Positions 1 to 13,500 of a stretch of 64,000 bases of DNA are shown piece by piece. A program made the position numbers and the translations under genes. The notes beneath the pieces are model-generated. The model worked only from the letters and a program-made list of their open reading frames with translations, did not search any database and had not been told where the DNA came from. Position 1 is the stretch's first letter. Every line of letters begins with the position of its first letter. Where the stretch lies: the NCBI GenBank assembly GCA_044892525.1, contig CM097885.1, positions 34,102,001-34,166,000 on the forward strand, written 5' to 3'. This DNA is from Schmidtea polychroa (taxonomy: Eukaryota).

Positions 1-329
1 AGACAGTCAATGCCTATAGGTTAAGTTTGTTTGGACTAAGTACGGTATTGTGTAGCGAATAAAAATGTTTCCGTAATAAAATCATATTCAACATATATTA
101 TTGTCCATAAAAAAATATATGAAAATAAAATGTAAGTATTTTTAATTCAGTAATTAGTGTTTCATGTAATAAATAGACTCATTGCTGTGATGAATAAATG
201 GTTGAAAAACAAACTATTAGAAATGAAAAGTAAAATGAAAAAGAAGGATTTGCACTAGCAAAAATAAATAATAAGAGAAAATTTGATGAGAACAAGTTTT
301 CAGACATCATAATGAGCAAAAGAAAATAT

Positions 330-960
330 AATTCTGAATATTTAAAATTTGGATTTACTTGATGAAGACGATTCGCGTACACTGTGTTTTATTTGCCGAG
401 AAATCTTTGCTGATGAAAGTATAATAACTAAATATTTACTACAACATTTGAAAATGAAACATCCTGATTTAAAAGGAAGCTGATCGATTATCTTAAAATC
501 GAAATACAAGAATTAAATAATTTCAAACATCTACTTTCCACCTCACCTGCATTAATGAGAAGGTCTCACTGCGAAGTGCACAATCTCGAACCGCGCACAA
601 TTGAGGAGTAAATAATACTTCTAGTGATAAAATGAGCTGTTAGAGTTAGATTTGGATATAAGAGCCGAAATGAAATTGAATCCAGTCCTCTTTAGATTAA
701 CAGTTTTGTTGATAGAATCGATGAAACATCCGAATGGATTGAAAATGTCTTGTTTATGAAATTCAGGTTAGTGGATATTTTGCACTGCAGCCGGATGGAT
801 CAATAAATATACATAGCTTGTTCCAGCCAATATGTTTCATTTGTTTTATAGGGGAAACAAACTTCTTGAAGATATTTTATTTTTAAAAAACAATCAATCG
901 AAGAAGTGATGAAACATTTTTCGACAAGTTTATCATTTATATAACATTAAAAAACTGGAA
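330..960 (+). pseudogene. Degenerate hAT (Buster/Charlie, ZBED5-like) transposase remnant
   Basis: Manual translation gives LCFICREIFADESIITKYLLQHLKMKHPDLKG (BED-like CxxC..H..KH) and later FALQPDGS (cf. FALQLDES). Many stops; boundaries approximate. Confidence 0.55.
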
Positions 961-1578
961 CTAAATTACATTCAGAATAAATTACACGAAGAATGAGTTT
1001 ACTCGAAATAAGCACAAATTGAAAGTTGCGCAAGCTGTTAATTTTTATTTATATTGGTATTTTATTTATATTTATATTTTATGATTCAAAATGCATGCAA
1101 ACTTTGGGATATAAAAGTTGTCTATGCGGTGAATTTTTTAACTTTTGACGTCGTCCTTAAATATGAATTACCTTGTAGTACACGTAATTGAAGGTTCTTA
1201 ATTTACCTTAATTTACATTTACCTTCATTTCAATTAAAGGTCAATATTTTATCTATTGAACACAATTTATATTTTATATTTTATTATATTTATATTTTAT
1301 TATATTTTATAAGTAATATTTAACACTTTAAATATAGTATTGCAGAAAATTTGTGTTCAAAAGAAAAAAAATATTGTTGAACATCAAAATGAAAATAAAT
1401 CACATTTTAAAAGGAAAAAATAAATCAGATTGAACAAAAAAATTATTTATTTTATTTATAAAAAAGTTCATTGGTATAAATTATTTTAAAGTAAAAATAA
1501 ACAAGTAAATTTATATAAAATTATTTCTTTAAATGCTTGCATATTAAAATGTTTTATATTCTCATAACTTTGATTTAG

Positions 1579-4500
1579 TATTTGGACTCTCGAGTCTGGT
1601 ATACATCGGAATGAAAAGAGGTATGAAATTCCGGGAAAGCAATTCCAAAGCGAGTATAACAGTTTACGGTGTTATTCAAGGATTCTTCATTATTATTCAA
1701 ACAAGTTTTATTTTGTTTAATCACCGGGTAAGTAATTTAATTTATACTGAAAAAGAAAATACAAAATATTTAAATTTCTATATTTAAAAGTTCTCGACAA
1801 TTCAAGGTTATCTCAAAATAAGGGGTACTTTCCAGGAAAATAGGGAATGGGATTTAGTATAGTAAAGTATTAGGTACTTCCGTGTTATCTTACCCCCAAA
1901 AATTAAATTATAAAATACAATTAAAATAACAATATAAAAAATCAGAGAATACATTTTTGATGACGTTATTGAACATGAATTTATTAAGGCTATCTGTGAT
2001 TTATGTGATTATGTGAGTTTATGTGGCGCAAACGTGTTCTAAGCCACAGTGCAGATGTGTTTGACACTATTCTGAACGACATTGTGGTTTTCTGGCCACC
2101 TGGATACCCATTTACAAACTCTTTACAAACATTTGCTGAATTTGCAACTGTGATTTAGAAAATAAATATAATAATTATGTGTTCTTTTTTAATTTAATTT
2201 TTGAGGGTAAGATAACACGGAAGTACCAAGTATTATTTTTATCAGTAAAATCCTTCATTTTTTACATAATAACTAGATCAAAAATAAATTTTCCAATGTG
2301 ATTTTATGTGTGTAATTGTTTGTTTTATTACTCATATAGCTTTAGTATGACTTTAAATTCATATCATAAATTACAATAATAAGAAAACAAATCGTTGATC
2401 TATACTATAGATTCTATAGTCATAATAAAAATAAATGAATTGATTAATTTTATATTAGAAATTGCTGCCAGAGAAGTCTTATTTGCACTTAACTGATTCC
2501 CGGATTGTGACTGTATTTGCTGTAAAATTAGGACTATACTGTCTTGGAACCGAACTGCATAGGCAGACAAACATTTTTGATAAAATAATACTAATTTTTA
2601 AAAATATAAATATGAACCCTATTTTATTATAAGTTCAATGAAATAAAAATAAAAGTGAGTTTAAGAGACAGATTTTAATGAAAATACTGTACGACAATAT
2701 GCTAATATTTATGAATCATAAATTATTATGTTGAATGATTATGATGAATAGCCCACATGCTGTTTCATTGAATACATAATCATATTTGTGGCGATGACCA
2801 TTCTGGTCCTTGAGACTCTAGGGCGTTGATAAACTCAATTATACTTAATATTTTTTTCGAATAAAATTTACTTTTAAGTGAATATGACTCTTGCATAATT
2901 CCAAAATTCTCAATAAACCTATGTTCCAGGAATATATGATCACAGTATCTAGCATTGCTGTGAATTCTTCGCAATCCTTTGTTCAGAACAATTATGATGA
3001 ACATTACATGTGAATTAATGCGTGAAATACACTATTTCCAAATTAAACCTGTATAAGCAGTAAAATGTGTGCACGGACGATTCAAGCTGATATACTTGTT
3101 ACTGCTATACAGTCAGATTCATAGGACTAATACATTCGGATCTAATTGCACACATTAAAATTACAAAAAATATTACATATTATTTGCGCATTGGTTTCAA
3201 GCTCAGCTCATAATATTCATCACGAATAGACATCCTAAAAGCTGACAGTTCCAATTCAATTTATTTTAAGTGTCATCATTTTTCAATTCAATGAGTTTTT
3301 TGTGATCATAATATGATAAATCTGACTCAGTTCTGCAAAAGGATTTAAAATATACAATTTGTTCTTGTAATCAAGATCAGGAAAATAGTGTTGAAAAGAT
3401 TTTGAGAGACTCTCAAGAGTGGAAATAATCTCATTTGAAATTTGCCATTGGATGCATTAAGGCCTGGAAACTTGTCGATTTGTCCGTTTTTGGATTTAGT
3501 GATCCAGAGTTGCAGTTTTTCTTGAAAAGATGAGGAAAGATTAAGGAAATCACCAATATTTACATAGGAAAATCGATTTTAACAGTTCTATCTTTTAAGA
3601 TACGACAGGTATTTAAAGGATAAGTAAAAGTAGCTTTGCATTGAATCAGATCATAAAATATAACTTTTTTATATTCGTGTCTGTAAAGTTTAAATCAAGA
3701 TCTCAACTCCACATAAAATATATTATTGGAAGAACAAAATATGATTAAAGTAAAACGAAATTATCGTTCAAAATTATATGACTAAAACCAAATATGTTTA
3801 GTCCATAAAGTCCATAAAACGAAATTATTATCAAAATAAAGTGAATGAAATAAATTAAAGTAAAATTGTCAAGCTGAATGTTAAATTCGACAGCAAAATA
3901 TGACAATAAATTGTGCACTCGATGATTTTTATTTTGTATTCTTTTATGACGGACATTTATTTACATGCGTACAGACAAATATAATTCTAGAATTTATTAT
4001 ATATTTTAATTTTTGTTTCTGAAAATAATGCGAAAGATTATTATGAAAGAAAAGGAAAAACAGAAAATGTGACTGATAGAGGGGGAATTATAAATGTTGA
4101 TATATATTTTTTGTATTTTTTATCGGTTAAATATTGTAATTGAATTAAATATATGTGAATATAGTTTTTTAGTATTTCTACTATTTTAGCTTATAATTTT
4201 AACCCATAAGAAAATCATGAAACTCTGTTTTGTCCACTTGATTATTACAAATATTTTGATGTGGATAAGTGGCTCAATTGGGAAAATCTCTTCGGATTTC
4301 CAAAAGTCTACATTTTGTTCAAAAAAGAAATATGATCTTTCTTGCAATCTCTACATTTACTTTCTACCAGCCTTGAGTGAATATGCGGTTATTGTGATTG
4401 CCATTATGTATGAATTTTATACACGAATTGGAAAGTACAAGTTGTTGAAATTTGGACATAAAGTACAGGTGTATATAAAAATAATTATTATTAATATTTT

Positions 4501-7500
4501 TCATTTAGAAGTCTGTTAAATCAAAGTTTTCAGCGAATTGTTCTGTGATAGCGTCAATAATAACAGGAGCTGTACTTGTAATTATTTGTATATTTACTTC
4601 TATTTCTTCGGTCGTTTATCATGTTCTTGAGATTGACAAAATTTGGATTCTTCATTTTCACAATATCGAAATTATAATTCTTAACTTAATAAGCATAATA
4701 ATTTTAGTTTTTGCTTATTTGAATGCAAGAAAATTTAAATTCAGCGTTTCTATGTTCAATAATTCTTTAGACAAAAATATTTTGGAAGTTTCCTTTATAT
4801 TCTCTTTAAATTTCTCAATTCTTTGTCTATTTATATGTGGCTATTCTTTATTGAATAGCAATGATATGGACATCCATAAAGTACTGATTGTCAGAATTTT
4901 CTCTGGATTCTTGGAAGTTATTCAAAACTCAATACAAACTCATTTTTTAATTGACGCTTTCAGAAGATGTAGCTATTCAAATTACCAAATGGAAACTAAA
5001 CCTGGACGGAACGCTTTGGCAATTCTAATGGGAATAAATACCGGAATGTGGTTTCTACAAAGCCTCCAAGTAAATATTAATCAATAAATTCATTTATTAT
5101 TGTAATAGGTGCTCTCGAGAAAGTATAAAGTATATCAAATTTTAATTCAAGAAAAGTTAAGCGAAAAGTAGCACCGTAAAATGTTCTATGTAAATAATTA
5201 AATAGACATGAAAACGATTTAATTATAAGAAAACACCACTCAAACATTCGTTTTACGATATATTTCGACAGTTATCTGGTCATTGTCAGATAGGATTACA
5301 AAACTATAGGATTACAAAACTATAGGATTACAAAATTATTGAGGATACCTAAATAACAATTTATAAAGAAATAAATAAAATTACCTGAGGGAAGATCGCC
5401 ATGACAAACGGGAGGATCTATTGGAACTCAGAAAAGAAAACGGAAGTAAAAAGAAATTAAAAATGAGAAAGATAAAAGAAATTGAAAGGAATCAAACAGG
5501 AAAATGAAAACCTAGGTCAGTACTAATTAATTAGTACAAAAAGGAAAAGGAATTTTGAAATCGGGGAAAAAGGAAAACAACAATATCCTTATCTCGACAG
5601 CTTGCCAGTGATAACAGAATTGATGGTAGAAGGCAAATAACTTGACAGCTGTCAGAGATAAAATGGGACAGTCAGGGAAAGCAGGAGAAGGAAAATGGAA
5701 AAACACTTGATTATCTGGAGTGTCACAAGAGAAGCGAACTATATAAGGGAAAACTGGTGGGCATGAAATTAGAATAAAATTAGAGAACAAAATTAGAGAA
5801 TAAAATTAGAGAGCAAATTTAGAAACAGTAATAGAGACAAGAAGTGACGCGATTTGAGAGATAAAATTATTGGAGAAAATTAGACAACTTTGGACGAAAC
5901 GTTGTTGGATAAACGAATTGTGAAAAATAATTGTAAAGAAAATTATTGTGGAGAATAATTATTGGAGAAGAGTTGAAGAAAAAAATTAGTTGAAAAATAA
6001 AACGAAAAGAAGTAATTTGATTATTTGAATAAAGTTGTGAAGAAAGTCAAAGAAAACAACCAGCTCAAAATCCCAGTTGATAAACCAATCAGTAATTTGT
6101 AATCTTTCAATCCATCTGGAGAGTGTTGTAATAAGCATTGTATAGTCACCAGGCAGAGTGTTGAATTTGTTGTCAGTGTAAAGAGAAAGTTTATTTGTGA
6201 TTATCAATAAAGATTTCTGTTGTTAAGTGTTATTTGTGAATCGATTAAAGGCACGCTTGGAGTCAGAGTAACATTTAAATTTATCGCCAACTCAATAACC
6301 CAACAAAATGTAAGTTGAATGAAAAAGACAAATAAAATTGTGGTCAGCACAAAATAGATAGCAAAGGAAATTATGATGGGAAAAGAAATAGCAAAAGGCA
6401 AAAATCCGAAAATCCAAAAAAATCAATAAATTGTAAATTTATCGAAATTGAATACGAAAAACGGAACAGGTATAGGTAGTGGTCAACAAGATGTTGATTA
6501 GGGATTTATCAGAAAATGTTTAGAAAGGGTCGAAAAGCATTCGAATGTGTTAAAACAGAAAACCGTTAATTAATTAATTAATTGACTAATAGAAAACCCG
6601 AGTTAAAACCTGAGCCAATGAAGAACCCGAGAGATGAAGGAAACACGAGCTCGATTAACATAGAAAATAAACAAAATGAGAATCTCGGAAGGCCATTATC
6701 ATGACAGCATGATTAATGGAGACAAACAAAGTTTAGGGCTACGACGAAGGATTAACAAAGGGAGGCAATTAATCACTATATGGTTCAAACAACATTCGAG
6801 GAACCGGTTGTCAAACCATTGTCAGATAGAAGTAATCCGGTAAAAAATCAATTAATAAAAGTGATTATTTTAGTATCAAAGCAAAGTTAAAATTCAAAAT
6901 AACCGGCAGAGGTTACTGACTTGAATTAGTCAAATCCAACAATTTTAAGAAAATTCAGAAATATATTACATTATTTTGAAATAAATCATTAAAATGCCTA
7001 TACACATGTGTGAAATCGTATTACAGAAATCCACCAGACATGTTAAATTCAATAACTACATAATGCGAACCAGGATTAAGAAAATTTTGACATTATAGTA
7101 AAATGAGTGTCAGGTTTATATTTGAAAATTATTATCAAAATTCAAAGATATTTATTTTTAAAATAAGATAATTAACATGTATTTTATTCACTATTCACAA
7201 TTACGTAATCTATCTCGGTTTCAAACGAAATTCCAATTCTGAATGAAATTAACAACACTTATATATTGTGATTATCTATCACTCATTATATTCAAATTCT
7301 TCCGTTCTCGGGTTTTCTATTCAATTTATAAAATAATTCATTCAAAATTTGTGCATGTCACTCTCTAATTCTATGCTTCTCAAAACTTAAATTTTGTTTT
7401 CTACTAGATGATGATTGGTGATGTAAACAATTTTTAATTAATTAATTTTTATTTTTAAATTTTCACATCAATGGAATTTGCCCATCAACTTGATAATATA

Positions 7501-10500
7501 TATTCCTATTTTTAAATATCACACTTTTCTTCTCCCATCCGAAATATATTAATTTGTAATGTATTTTCATCTATCTCAATTTTAATCATTTAAACATTAA
7601 TATTTTAGTTGATTATTTCTGGTCGTCCAAAGAGATTCTGAAATTACAACTTATAAAGTCAAGTATAAAATGAAAAATAAAAGAATAAGTTAATACATCA
7701 AACAGTTCAAAGTAAATGTAAAAGATGTTTGAATAAACAAAATAAAATCCATACCGAAAACTTATGTCAGATTGAGCAAATAGATTAAATTATTAAGTAA
7801 ACTAGACTCAATTAACTTATGCACTATCTTTAAACCTTAAATGATTCAGTTTTCTCCAAAAAAGAATTTAAAATAAAATATAATGAACATTTGATACAAA
7901 GTTTCATAAGAAATTTTGTTTAAACTCAATAAACAAAAATAATGTTATGAAATAATAAAATAATATTTAATAGTATTGGGATTAATAATAAAAATTATTA
8001 TTTCACAATTTATTAATAATTATTAAATAGTAATTTTAAGACTTAAAAATCAAAATTAGAAATTTATCAGAAAATGTGTCAAATAATGCAAATTAATTAT
8101 CTTACAATATTTCACAAGAGTGAAAAAGTACTTTAAAAAAATTATATCACCCGTCAGCAAGTCTCTTTTGTATGACCTGTCTAAAGAACAATAAAGTTCT
8201 AATAAAACTAAAAAAGTGATCATCCTAACTCTTTCACCTAGGTCCATTTTCTTTACTTTCATCTATGAATTTACCAATAACTGAACCCAATTGTCTTGAA
8301 AAAATGGATGATCTGTAGGATAATTTGATGTATCCAAAAGATTGTCATTAACAATATAATATATCTAATCAGTAATAATATATCAGTAATAATATATCTA
8401 ATCTGATATTTTTACATACCAAAAAGAAGGAATCAGTATATCGTCGGTTTAAAAGCAGAAATCACTAAGTCAAAAATCAACTTAGGAATTTCTGATTGTA
8501 TTATAATAGCACGATTGATTTAGTGCAATAAATGTCCGCCTAAAAACCTCAACAATATCAATTTACGACTTATAAGATTTTGCCCATATAAAGTTGGCAT
8601 TATAATGATTTAATTTAGTACAAAAAATCAAAATCTTGGAAAATGTACTTAGTGAATTTTGCTTGTAAACCAACGATATCCTTTTTACAATTAAAATTTG
8701 GCCTATATTTAGCTAATTTCTGATATTGTAAATGGTACATCTGGAGTTTCGATAAATTCAAAACTGTTTGACCAATATAGTTCGATCTGTTCAAACAAAT
8801 AGAGTCTGTGCTTAATGTTACAAGTCATTTACTTCAATTTAACTTATTGATTATAATTTTTCCCTAATAACTTTTAATTTAAATCAATTTTTTTTGAAAA
8901 TTAACATTTTACTATTAAAAACTAACTCATTCAACTTAATCAAGTATTTGTTCAAAATTTGTTACACTAGGTTAAATATTAAAATCTTATTTTCAATAAA
9001 TTTAAATTACTGATTTGACGTTTTGTGTAATGATCATGGTCAAAGAAATAAATGTAGGAACCATTTGATTTCAAATTGATATTGATATGACTGGTATTTA
9101 TCCTAAGGTTATCATAAAAGTTATCATAAACGATTTGAAAAGCACAAACGGAACATCAATAAAAGGTTAAATTATCCCACATTGATTTTAAAAAATGGGT
9201 CGTGTATAAAGAGAAAAATGATGAACAACATGACAAGATATTATTGTTGCAAATTACCTAGATTCTTCATATTTATCATTGCAGTCAGTCAACTCAATTC
9301 AAGCCTTCATTTATGTTGTAATAATTGTTCATGGTTTGTAATAATTAATTGATTGTCAATGCACTTTGACAGTTTAGATATTTATTGATTAAAAAACTCA
9401 ATGAGTCAGTAACTGTCGACTATTAATTTTAATGAAATACCCACCAAAACGAATGATATAAAAATTATATATACCCAACCCAAACAGCCCTCCCAACAAA
9501 AACATACCTCCATTACGCTTAAACCATTAGAAAAACAACATAAAACCTATGTTTTTATAGTATTTTAACCCCATATTTTAAACAACAACCACCCTTAATC
9601 TTTAAAGCCTCAAACTCAAAAGCTTCAAACTAAAAAGAGAATAGAAAAGAAAATGGCATTATGAAAAAGTTAGAGGGCTATTTGGGATAGGGCTATATAC
9701 ACACTACTTTTGATCGCAATCAAACTCCGGAGTTGATCTTTATCAGATTATTGATTTTAAATTATATAAATTAAAAAATAAATGAAAAATAGTAAAACTG
9801 CTCTGAGAGGACAGTGGTATTTTTTTTTTTTTATCACTGTCCCCTTTAACAGTTTTTTTGATCCGGATCATTTTTTTATTTATCAACCTCTTTCGTTTAT
9901 CAAATCTCTTCTAATATACAAGCTGGCCAGACTCATACATCAGAATCAATCCGATAATAGCAGCACACCTTATTATTCGCTTCTCACTCGAATACGATTT
10001 CATCGGCGTTTTAAGTGTGCTGCTCGAAAGTACAAATGAATTCGAAAGCGAATTCGAAAGAGGTCCGAAAACAACTGAGAAATAAATGTGCACATTAAAG
10101 AATCGATCCGGGGGTGTTCGAAAGACAGGTGGCGATAATTACGGGTTCGCCACCATCACCCGTTTCAATAATTTTTTTTTCATATTTATGTTTAAAAAAT
10201 AAAATAAAATAAAATAAATAAAATAAATAAAATAAAATAAAAATAAATAAAATATACAACTACTTTATAAATCTAAGATACCCACACTATTATTTTCAAA
10301 TTTTTAATATTATTTTATGTTGAAAAAAAACTAACCACAGTTTGGATTTGAACCACCATCCATTTGAACCACTGTGCCAGTCTAGCCCACTGCGCTATCT
10401 AGGATTGGATTTTTGTCATTTTTTTAATTTTTAATTTATAAAAAAATAAAATAAAATAAAATAAATAAAATAAAATATACAAGTACTTTATAAATATAAG

Positions 10501-13500
10501 ATACCCACACTATTTTCAATATTATTTTCAAATTTTTAATATTATTTTATGTTGAAAAAAAAACTAACCTCAGATGTGATTTGAACCGCTAGCATTTTGA
10601 ACCACTGTGTCAGTCTAGCCCACTGCGCCATCAAGGTTTGGATTTTTTGTCATTTTTTAAATTTTTATTATAAAAAATGAATAATATAAATCTTAAAAAA
10701 TAAAATGAAAACAGGGTATCCAATAAAAAATTTTTTTCTAAAAATGAATTGTAATATTTGCAATAAAGTTTTTAAAAATAAAACTGGATTAATTTCTCAC
10801 TTAAAATCGAAAGCTCATTTATTAAAAGAAAATAATCTTAATGATACAAATTCAAAAGTTTGTCCTAAATGTAAAGGAAGATTTCTACATTCTGGATATA
10901 ATAAACATTTTGAAAATTGTATCGGGAAAAATAGAGAAATATTTACATGTTCTCACTGTAACTTTTCAACAAAAGTAAATTTCTATTATTTAGAACATAT
11001 AAAAAAATGTAAAAATAAAAAACAAAATTCTGACGATGAGGAATGTCATTCAGAAGGAGAACCTGATCATGTTGAAAGAGAAAAATATAACTGGGATAAT
11101 TTTAATCATATAGATGAATTTCAATTAAAAATTAATGGACCTGCAACTCCTGGAGAATATATAAATAAAAATAAAAAAAATATTAAAAATTCTTTCACTG
11201 AAGCTTTAAAAAATTATAAACCGACAAGGTATAATGTTATAAAATATAAAATTATAATCAAAGCAAAATACTGGCGAGGAGCAGAAGAAAAGACAACACC
11301 CTTAGATGTTGAAATTGGAATACCTTTTAAATATTTATTTTCAATTAAAGGATTTGATAAAACCATCAAAGAAATAATTAAAGCAGCAGAAGCAAAACAA
11401 GAGGAAGTAGAAAATGAATTAGGAGATTCAAACTTAGTATTCAACTCTTTCCAAACTTTAGTGATTGATTATTGGAGAGGATTACCACCCAATCCTAAAT
11501 CTTATATTCCTACACCCTTTAAATCTAAAAATGTTATAAATGTACAGAATAATGATAACAAATGTTTCATCTGGTCAATACTTGCACATTTACATCCTCA
11601 AGCAACAAATCCCCAAAGAGTTTCAAAATACAAACAATATGAAAATGAATTAATATTTCCCAAAGGATTCAAACACCCAATGAAACTAGAAGACATTCCA
11701 GAATTTGAAAAATTAAATAATCTTAAACTTAATATTTATGAACATGTTATAGGGAAAGAAATTATTCCAATTTATATTTCAGATAGTGGAACCAAGGATA
11801 ACGGAGCACAGGACAACGAGATATATCTTTTAATCTTGGAACAAGAAAATAATCAACATTATGTTTTAATAAAAAACTTTCAAGCTTTTACATCTCCAGA
11901 GAATCCAACTAGTGGAGGAGGAACATGTAAAAGATGTCTTTATTATTCAACAACTAAAAACTCTATGATTAAACATACAAGATTTTGTGAAAAAGATGAT
12001 CCAGCTTTAATTAAAATGCCTAATAGTCCCAAGATGTATTTTAAAAACTTTTCAAATTTACTACAAACAGTTGGAGTTCTTTATGGTGACTTTGAATCTA
12101 TAAACCATAAACAAGATTTGGTTTATCAATATTTAAAAATAATAGAAAAAAATAAACTCATGGATTTATGGAACTCCTCAGGAGAGAAGATGAAACCAGA
12201 GAGGATGAAAGCCTTTCTAAGAAAAAGAAATAAACCTAATAGTGTTAAAAAAACTAAACAATTACCATCTGCTTATAAATTATTATTTAAAAGTAATTAT
12301 CCTGAACTCATAGAATCTAGAGAATATTCAATTCTAGGAGGTACCCCTGAAGAAGTCTTGAATCATTTTACTAAAAATATAAATGATCTAGAACATGAAA
12401 TATTTAAAATATTAAAAACAAAGTATCCTCAAAATATTTCTAATCAACAACAACAAGAATATGAAAATACTTCCAACTGTTGGATGTGTAAACAGAATAT
12501 TCTTCCTGATGAAAAAGTTATAGATCATGATCATTTAAAAAAGGAAAATAATTATCGAGGAGCAGCTCATAAAAATTGCAATCTTAATTGCCATACTCCT
12601 AAATTTATACCTGTTATATTTCATAATCTTTTTGGATATGACATACATCTATTTATTAAACATTTAGCAGCAAATGCTAAAAACTCTTTCAAAGTTATCG
12701 GCTTAACAAAGGAAAAATATAAATCAATTGAATATGGAAAATTAAAATTTATAGACTCGTTAAACTTTCTCCAAATGTCTTTAGATGCAGTAGCAAAAAC
12801 AATGAAACCAGAAAATTTTAAAATCACTCGAGAATTCTTGGAAAAAAATAATATTCCTCTAGAAGAATATCCTACATGTTTAGCAAAAGGAATATATCCT
12901 TATGACTATGTTGACTCGTTTGAAAGATATAATGAAACAAGTCTTCCTAGCCAAGAAGATTTCTATTCACAACTTCAAAAAAATCATATTACAAATCAAG
13001 AATATTCTCGAGCAAATAAAATGTGGGAATTATTCAAGTGTAAAACTTTAGGAGAATATACAAGTATGTATTTATCCTTGGATGTTTATATTCTAGCAGA
13101 TTGCTTTGAAGAATTTACAAACTCTTTTGTTCTTAAACCTTATAATTATATAACTGCACCCTCTTTAGCTTGGGATACTATGTTATATACCATTTGGACT
13201 TCAAATATAGAAGATGCTGATAAAATTATAGATCTTTTAACTAACCTCGATATGTTTAACCAAATTAAAACAAACATTAGAGGAGGAGTCTCTTCAGTAA
13301 TGGGGAATAGAGAAATAAAAGCTAGAAATGCAATAACTACTAGCCGAAGACTATCTAAACACCCTGATGATCCATATATGAAAATTAACAATGAGGAATT
13401 AAAAGAATTATTAGAAACAATGAAAAATCCTATATTTATACTTTATATAGATGCAACAGCTTTATATTCAGGAATTATGACTCAATATTTACCAATGAGT

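Larger units (their letters stand above)
9466..10659 (+). repeat. Left TIR of Polinton A (first 9 nt AGTAGTGTG missing; two copies of a ~233-bp inner unit)
   Basis: Reverse complement of 23851-24817. Confidence 0.93.

Noticed and set aside
9782..10093. Short ORFs inside the TIRs (also 24079-24512, 28210-28518, 37724-38032)
   Set aside because: No recognisable motifs. The Polinton A TIR ORFs differ between the two TIR copies, and the Polinton B ones lack an ATG start.
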